This document shows positions 53,250-64,000 of a stretch of 64,000 nt of DNA, piece after piece; position 1 is the first letter of the stretch; each line of letters starts with the position of its first letter. A model generated the notes under the pieces. That model saw nothing but the letters and a program-made list of their open reading frames with translations, made no database searches and was not told the DNA's origin. Origin of the DNA: Macrostomum lignano (Eukaryota); assembly GCA_002269645.1 (NCBI GenBank), contig NIVC01001380.1:237337-301336 (forward strand). Direction: 5' to 3'. The position numbers and the translations under genes were made by a program.

Positions 53250-56200
53250 TATAGCTTTATCTTTACAGTAAGTTAATATCTTTTAATAAATAAGTACGGA
53301 ATTTGGGATACTTGAAAACCTAAAAACTAAAATCTCAGAAGAGTTATGGAATTGTTATAATAAAAATATTAATGACATTAAATCATTTACAGAACGGCTA
53401 AATTTAATTAAATTAAGTTTAATTAATTTAATGAAGTATATCAATCACTGATATTTTAGTAATTGAGATTTGTTAGAAACGAACGAATTTTGAAGAAAAA
53501 TATTCAAAGTATCCTTACACAACCAACTTCAAACACCCACTTCAAACAATCACCTACCGCTACGACCACCCCACTCCCAGCTGCAACCACTCCACTCCCA
53601 GCTACGACCACTCCACTCCCAGCTACAACCACTCCACTCCCAGCTACAACCACCCACTCCCAGCTACAACCACCCCACTCCCAGCTACGACCACCCCACT
53701 CCCAGCTACGACCACCCCACTCCCAGCTGCAACCACTCCACTCCCAGCTACGACCACCCCACTCCCAGCTGCAACCACTCCACTCCCAGCTACAACCACC
53801 CCACTCCCAGCTGCAACCACTCCACTCCCAGCTACAACCACCCCACTCCCAGCTACAACCACTCCACTCCCAGCTACGACCACTCCACTCCCAGCTACGA
53901 CCACCCCACTCCCAGCTGCAACCACTCCACTCCCAGCTACAACCACCCCACTCCCAGCTACAACCACCCACTCCCAGCTACAACCACTCCACTCCCAGCT
54001 ACGACCACCCCACTCCCAGCTGCAACCACTCCACTCCCAGCTACAACCACCCCACTCCCAGCTACAACCACCCACTCCCAGCTACAACCACTCCACTCCC
54101 AGCTACGACCACCCCACTCCCAGCTGCAACCACTCCACTCCCAGCTACGACCACCCCACTCCCAGCTGCAACCACTCCACTCCCAGCTACAACCACTCCA
54201 CTCCCAGCTACGACCACCCCACTCCCAGCTACGACCACCCCACTCCCAGCTACGACCACCCCACTCCCAGCTGCAACCACTCCACTCCCAGCTACGACCA
54301 CCCCACTCCCAGCTACAACCACTCCACTCCCAGCTACAACCACCCCACTCCCAGCTACGACCACTCCACTCCCAGCTACGACCACCCCACTCCCAGCTGC
54401 AACCACTCCACTCCCAGCTACGACCACCCCACTCCCAGCTGCAACCACTCCACTCCCAGCTACAACCACCCCACTCCCAGCTGCAACCACTCCACTCCCA
54501 GCTACAACCACCCCACTCCCAGCTACAACCACCCACTCCCAGCTACAACCACTCCACTCCCAGCTACGACCACCCCACTCCCAGCTGCAACCACTCCACT
54601 CCCAGCTACGACCACCCCACTCCCAGCTACAACCACCCCACTCCCAGCTACAACCACCCACTCCCAGCTACAACCACTCCACTCCCAGCTACGACCACCC
54701 CACTCCCAGCTGCAACCACTCCACTCCCAGCTACGACCACCCCACTCCCAGCTGCAACCACTCCACTCCCAGCTACAACCACTCCACTCCCAGCTACGAC
54801 CACCCCACTCCCAGCTGCAACCACTCCACTCCCAGCTACAACCACCCCACTCCCAGCTACGACCACCCCACTCCCAGCTGCAACCACACTCCCACTCCCC
54901 ACAGTTAAAATTCCAGTGTTCTGGTGCAGCATGAATATTTATTATACTTTTAGGTTACGAGCGTAGCAAATAATAAGCAGACAAACTTGGTATTTCCTTA
55001 CAATAAACAAAACATAAAGGCGAACCATCACCCGCAAATATTAAAATATTAAAATAGTAAATAAATACATTGTTATTATACATAAACATCATCTTGGAGA
55101 GTCTTTAACGGGACGCCGTGAAATGCTCCAATTGAAAGCGCATAAAAACTCACCGTTTTAAATAAGACAAATCAGATAAATTGTTTGCAACAAAAGATTG
55201 AGAAATTTATTGCAATTTGGAAGAAAAAATTACATAAAAGTTGCTACTTTTTAATTTACTGTTCTATAAGGCAGTGCTTTGCGGGACAATGGGGACTTGG
55301 TATTTGGCTCATGTAGATTGGGGTAGGCTTGCTTTGTGGCCTATGTACTCGTACATTGACTGGGACACGGGCGGGGAGGTAGGCTCGGTTTTGGCCTATG
55401 TACATTGGGCGGGAGACGGGGTATAGCTTTATCTTTACAGTAAGTTAATATCTTTTAATAAATAAGTACGGAATTTGGGATACTTGAAAACCTAAAAACT
55501 AAAATCTCAGAAGAGTTATGGAATTGTTATAATAAAAATATTAATGACATTAAATCATTTACAGAACGGCTAAATTTAATTAAATTAAGTTTAATTAATT
55601 TAATGAAGTATATCAATCACTGATATTTTAGTAATTGAGATTTGTTAGAAACGAACGAATTTTGAAGAAAAATATTCAAAGTATCCTTACACAACCAACT
55701 TCAAACACCCACTTCAAACAATCACCTACCGCTACGACCACCCCACTCCCAGCTGCAACCACTCCACTCCCAGCTACGACCACTCCACTCCCAGCTACAA
55801 CCACTCCACTCCCAGCTACAACCACCCCACTCCCAGCTACAACCACCCCACTCCCAGCTACGACCACCCCACTCCCAGCTACGACCACCCCACTCCCAGC
55901 TGCAACCACTCCACTCCCAGCTACGACCACCCCACTCCCAGCTGCAACCACTCCACTCCCAGCTACAACCACCCCACTCCCAGCTGCAACCACTCCACTC
56001 CCAGCTACAACCACCCCACTCCCAGCTACAACCACTCCACTCCCAGCTACGACCACTCCACTCCCAGCTACGACCACCCCACTCCCAGCTGCAACCACTC
56101 CACTCCCAGCTACAACCACCCCACTCCCAGCTACAACCACCCACTCCCAGCTACAACCACTCCACTCCCAGCTACGACCACCCCACTCCCAGCTGCAACC

Positions 56201-59182
56201 ACTCCACTCCCAGCTACAACCACCCCACTCCCAGCTACAACCACCCACTCCCAGCTACAACCACTCCACTCCCAGCTACGACCACCCCACTCCCAGCTGC
56301 AACCACTCCACTCCCAGCTACGACCACCCCACTCCCAGCTGCAACCACTCCACTCCCAGCTACAACCACTCCACTCCCAGCTACGACCACCCCACTCCCA
56401 GCTACGACCACCCCACTCCCAGCTACGACCACCCCACTCCCAGCTGCAACCACTCCACTCCCAGCTACGACCACCCCACTCCCAGCTACAACCACTCCAC
56501 TCCCAGCTACAACCACCCCACTCCCAGCTACGACCACTCCACTCCCAGCTACGACCACCCACTCCCAGCTGCAACCACTCCACTCCCAGCTACGACCACC
56601 CCACTCCCAGCTGCAACCACTCCACTCCCAGCTACAACCACCCCACTCCCAGCTGCAACCACTCCACTCCCAGCTACAACCACCCCACTCCCAGCTACAA
56701 CCACCCACTCCCAGCTACAACCACTCCACTCCCAGCTACGACCACCCCACTCCCAGCTGCAACCACTCCACTCCCAGCTACGACCACCCCACTCCCAGCT
56801 ACAACCACCCCACTCCCAGCTACAACCACCCACTCCCAGCTACAACCACTCCACTCCCAGCTACGACCACCCCACTCCCAGCTGCAACCACTCCACTCCC
56901 AGCTACGACCACCCCACTCCCAGCTGCAACCACTCCACTCCCAGCTACAACCACTCCACTCCCAGCTACGACCACCCCACTCCCAGCTGCAACCACTCCA
57001 CTCCCAGCTACAACCACCCCACTCCCAGCTACGACCACCCCACTCCCAGCTGCAACCACACTCCCACTCCCCACAGTTAAAATTCCAGTGTTCTGGTGCA
57101 GCATGAATATTTATTATACTTTTAGGTTACGAGCGTAGCAAATAATAAGCAGACAAACTTGGTATTTCCTTACAATAAACAAAACATAAAGGCGAACCAT
57201 CACCCGCAAATATTAAAATATTAAAATAGTAAATAAATACATTGTTATTATACATAAACATCATCTTGGAGAGTCTTTAACGGGACGCCGTGAAATGCTC
57301 CAATTGAAAGCGCATAAAAACTCACCGTTTTAAATAAGACAAATCAGATAAATTGTTTGCAACAAAAGATTGAGAAATTTATTGCAATTTGGAAGAAAAA
57401 ATTACATAAAAGTTGCTACTTTTTAATTTACTGTTCTATAAGGCAGTGCTTTGCGGGACAATGGGACTTGGTATTTGGCTCATGTAGATTGGGGTAGGCT
57501 TGCTTTGTGGCCTATGTACTCGTACATTGACTGGGACACGGGCGGGGAGGTAGGCTCGGTTTTGGCCTATGTACATTGGGCGGGAGACGGGGTATAGCTT
57601 TATCTTTACAGTAAGTTAATATCTTTTAATAAATAAGTACGGAATTTGGGATACTTGAAAACCTAAAAACTAAAATCTCAGAAGAGTTATGGAATTGTTA
57701 TAATAAAAATATTAATGACATTAAATCATTTACAGAACGGCTAAATTTAATTAAATTAAGTTTAATTAATTTAATGAAGTATATCAATCACTGATATTTT
57801 AGTAATTGAGATTTGTTAGAAACGAACGAATTTTGAAGAAAAATATTCAAAGTATCCTTACACAACCAACTTCAAACACCCACTTCAAACAATCACCTAC
57901 CGCTACGACCACCCCACTCCCAGCTGCAACCACTCCACTCCCAGCTACAACCACTCCACTCCCAGCTACGACCACCCCACTCCCAGCTGCAACCACTCCA
58001 CTCCCAGCTACAACCACCCCACTCCCAGCTACAACCACCCCACTCCCAGCTGCAACCACTCCACTCCCAGCTACAACCACCCCACTCCCAGCTACAACCA
58101 CCCCACTCCCAGCTACGACCACCCCACTCCCAGCTACGACCACCCCACTCCCAGCTGCAACCACTCCACTCCCAGCTACGACCACCCCACTCCCAGCTAC
58201 AACCCCCCCACTCCCAGCTACAACCACCCCACTCCCAGCTACGACCACTCCACTCCCAGCTACGACCACCCCACTCCCAGCTGCAACCACTCCACTCCCA
58301 GCTACGACCACCCCACTCCCAGCTGCAACCACTCCACTCCCAGCTACAACCACCCCACTCCCAGCTGCAACCACTCCACTCCCAGCTACAACCACCCCAC
58401 TCCCAGCTACAACCACCCACTCCCAGCTACAACCACTCCACTCCCAGCTACGACCACCCCACTCCCAGCTGCAACCACTCCACTCCCAGCTACGACCACC
58501 CCACTCCCAGCTGCAACCACTCCACTCCCAGCTACAACCACTCCACTCCCAGCTACGACCACCCCACTCCCAGCTGCAACCACTCCACTCCCAGCTACAA
58601 CCACCCCACTCCCAGCTACGACCACCCCACTCCCAGCTGCAACCACACTCCCACTCCCCACAGTTAAAATTCCAGTGTTCTGGTGCAGCATGAATATTTA
58701 TTATACTTTTAGGTTACGAGCGTAGCAAATAATAAGCAGACAAACTTGGTATTTCCTTACAATAAACAAAACATAAAGGCGAACCATCACCCGCAAATAT
58801 TAAAATATTAAAATAGTAAATAAATACATTGTTATTATACATAAACATCATCTTGGAGAGTCTTTAACGGGACGCCGTGAAATGCTCCAATTGAAAGCGC
58901 ATAAAAACTCACCGTTTTAAATAAGACAAATCAGATAAATTGTTTGCAACAAAAGATTGAGAAATTTATTGCAATTTGGAAGAAAAAATTACATAAAAGT
59001 TGCTACTTTTTAATTTACTGTTCTATAAGGCAGTGCTTTGCGGGACAATGGGGACTTGGTATTTGGCTCATGTAGATTGGGGTAGGCTTGCTTTGTGGCC
59101 TATGTACTCGTACATTGACTGGGACACGGGCGGGGAGGTAGGCTCGGTTTTGGCCTATGTACATTGGGCGGGAGACGGGGTA
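53250..59182. repeat. Tandem triplication of a ~2.17-kb unit (53250-55421, 55422-57592, 57593-59182)
   Basis: Near-identical AT-rich spacers and junction GGGGTA/TAGCTTTATC. Offsets 2172 and 2171. The third copy has a shorter internal array. Confidence 0.95.
53560..58640. repeat. Three nested 21-bp C-rich minisatellite arrays (CCACTCCCAGCTACGACCACC) at ~53560-54900, 55730-57072, 57900-58640
   Basis: Period 21 with occasional 20-bp units. Confidence 0.95.
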
Positions 59183-60195
59183 GGCTTGGTTTTTGGACTG
59201 TGTACATTGGGCGAGAGACGGGGTTGGCTTGGTTTTTGGACTGTGTACATTGGGCGAGAGACGGGGTTGGCTTGGTTTTTGGACTGTGTACATTGGGGGA
59301 AGACGGGATAGGCTTGGTTTTTGGCCTATGTACATTGGGTGGAAGACGGGGTAGGCTTGGTTTTTGGCCTATGTACATTGGGCGAAAGGGGTAGGCTTGG
59401 TTTTTGGCCTATGTATATTGGGCGGGAGACGGGGTAGGCTTGGTTTTTGGCCTATGTACATTGGGGGAAGACGGGGTAGGCTTGGTTTTTGGACTATGTA
59501 CATTGGGGGAAGACGGGGTAGGCTTGGTTTTTGGCCTATGTACATTGGGGGAAGACGGGGTAGGCTTGGTTTTTGGCCTATGTACATTGGGCGAAAGGGG
59601 TAGGCTTGGTTTTTGGCCTATGTATATTGGGCGGGAGACGGGGTAGGCTTGGTTTTTGGCCTATGTACATTGGGCGAGAGACGGGGTTGGCTTGGTTTTT
59701 GGACTGTGTACATTGGGCGAGAGACGGGTTGGCTTGGTTTTTGGACTGTGTACATTGGGGGAAGACGGGATAGGCTTGGTTTTTGGCCTATGTACATTGG
59801 GTGGAAGACGGGTAGGCTTGGTTTTTGGCCTATGTACATTGGGCGGGAGACGGGTAGGCTTGGTTTTTGGCCTATGTATATTGGGCGGGAGACGGGGTAG
59901 GCTTGGTTTTTGGCCTATGTACATTGGGGGAGACGGGGTAGGCTTGGTTTTTGGCCTATGTATATTGGGCGGGAGACGGGGTAGGCTTGGTTTTTGGCCT
60001 ATGTACATTGGGGGAAGACGGGGTAGGCTTGGTTTTTGGACTATGTACATTGGGGGAAGACGGGGTAGGCTTGGTTTTTGGCCTATGTACATTGGGGGAA
60101 GACGGGGTAGGCTTGGTTTTTGGCCTATGTACATTGGGGGAAGACGGGGTAGGCTTGGTTTTTGGCCTATGTATATTGGGCGGGAGATGGGTAGG
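59090..60195. repeat. 42-bp minisatellite (GGCCTATGTACATTGGGGGAAGACGGGGTAGGCTTGGTTTTT)
   Basis: Period 42 with 39-41-bp variants. Ends ~90 bp from the SLC37 stop. Confidence 0.95.
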
Positions 60196-60284
60196 CTAAA
60201 AGAATAGCAGGCATGCTAAAGAATATAATATTGGTTAGTCAGCGCGCGGATCTTATCAGTACAATTTGTAAACAAAGAGTTAAT

Positions 60285-62875
<2,591 letters not shown>

Positions 62876-62949
62876 CTGAAAATATAATAGAACGTGGAAA
62901 CGAAAATTTAATATTGAATAGTAAAATTCATCGAATGTTTTAATAGGGT

Positions 62950-64000
62950 ACCCATATCCTGAAGCAGATTCCCATATCCTGAAGCAGATTCCCATATCCT
63001 GAAGCAGATTCCCATATCCTGAAGTAGATTCACATATCCTGAAGCAGATTTCCATTCCTGAAGCAGATTCACATATCCTGAAGCAGATTCACATATCCTG
63101 AAGTAGATTCACATATCCTGAAGCAGATTCCCATATCCTGAAGCAGATTCATATCCTGAAGCAGATTTCCATATCCTGAAGCAGATTGTCATATCCTGAA
63201 GCAGATTCCCATATCCTGAAGTAGATTCACATATCCTGAAGCAGATTCCATATCCTGAAGCAGATTTCCATATCCTGAAGCAGATTCCCATATCCTGAAG
63301 CAGATTTCCATATCCTGAAGCAGATTCCCATATCCTGAAGCTAGATTTCACATATCTGAAGCAGATTCCCATATCCTGAAGCAGATTTCCATATCCTGAA
63401 GCAGATTCCCATATCCTGAAGCAGATTTCCATATCCAGAAGCAGATTCCCATATCCTGAAGCAGATTTCCATATCCTGAAGCAGATTCCCATATCCTGAA
63501 GCAGATTTCCATATCCTGAAGCAGATTCCCATATCCTGAAGTAGATTCACATATCCTGAAGCAGATTCCATATCCTGAAGCAGATTTCCATATCCTGAAG
63601 CAGATTCCCATATCCTGAAGCAGATTTCCATATCCTGAAGGCAGATTCCCATATCCTGAAGGATTCACATATCCTGAAGCAGATTTCCATTTCCTGAAGC
63701 AGATTCACATATCCTGAAGCAGATTCACATATCGTGAAGTAGTTTCCCACATCCTGAAGCAGATTCCCATATCCTGCAGCAGTTTCTCATATCCTGAAGC
63801 AGATTCCCATATCCTGAAATAGTTTCCTATATCCTGCAGTAGTTTCCCATATCCCGAAGCAGCTTCCCATATCCTGAAGCAGATTCTCATATCCTGAGGC
63901 AGTTTTCCTTATCCTAAAAGTAGTTTTCCATATCCTGAAGCAGATTCCCATATCCTGAAGCAGATTCCCATATCCTGAAGCAGATTGTCATATCCTGAAG
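62950..64000. repeat. 20-bp minisatellite (CATATCCTGAAGCAGATTCC), continuing past the window end
   Basis: Period 19-21, about 50 units. Confidence 0.95.

Noticed and set aside
53463-58693. 481/481/295-aa ORFs with PLPATTT mucin-like repeats
   Set aside because: They are translations of a 21-bp array. Interspersed 20-bp units switch the frame among three repeat peptides within one ORF, starts are TTG, there is no signal peptide, and other frames and strands are also open.

Overview
Eukaryotic (metazoan) genomic DNA with GC-rich exons, AT-rich intergenic DNA and introns packed with many different mini- and microsatellites. This style suggests a lophotrochozoan, possibly a Macrostomum-like flatworm; that is inference only. 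Host genes reconstructed by hand: a single-exon class B/Methuselah-like GPCR (6738-8570 +); RPS14 (16952-17723 +, 2 coding exons); RPA2 (18695-19847 +, 2 exons); a short secreted PAN-like exon/ORF (24369-24707 +); a secreted PAN/apple + C-type lectin (25966-26706 +); an Ig-containing peroxidasin-like heme peroxidase lacking LRR and vWC domains (30469-34618 +, 4 exons); an SLC6 amino-acid/neurotransmitter:Na symporter (36430-52025 +, at least 7 exons, one unresolved junction); and an SLC37A3-like MFS sugar-phosphate transporter (60285-62875 -, with three homopolymer frameshifts and a 34-bp duplication at a donor). Mobile DNA: two copies of a TIR MITE (one with an 8-bp TSD, one heavily CpG-decayed), a degenerate Ngaro/DIRS tyrosine-recombinase retrotransposon, a near-full-length RTE-like LINE, a 3' fragment of a related LINE, a decayed RNase H-bearing LINE, and a foldback. 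About 20 tandem arrays are present, including a triplicated ~2.2-kb unit that carries a nested 21-mer array. Best leads: splice donors formed by the first unit of a tandem repeat; a cluster of perfect GTCACGTGAC (CLEAR/E-box) palindromes in an SLC6 intron; minisatellites traceable to dispersed seed copies; a (GATA)n tract bracketed by an 8-bp duplication; a stop-introducing alternative acceptor in RPS14; and CpG-specific decay of a MITE. No database searches were possible, so novelty is unproven throughout.
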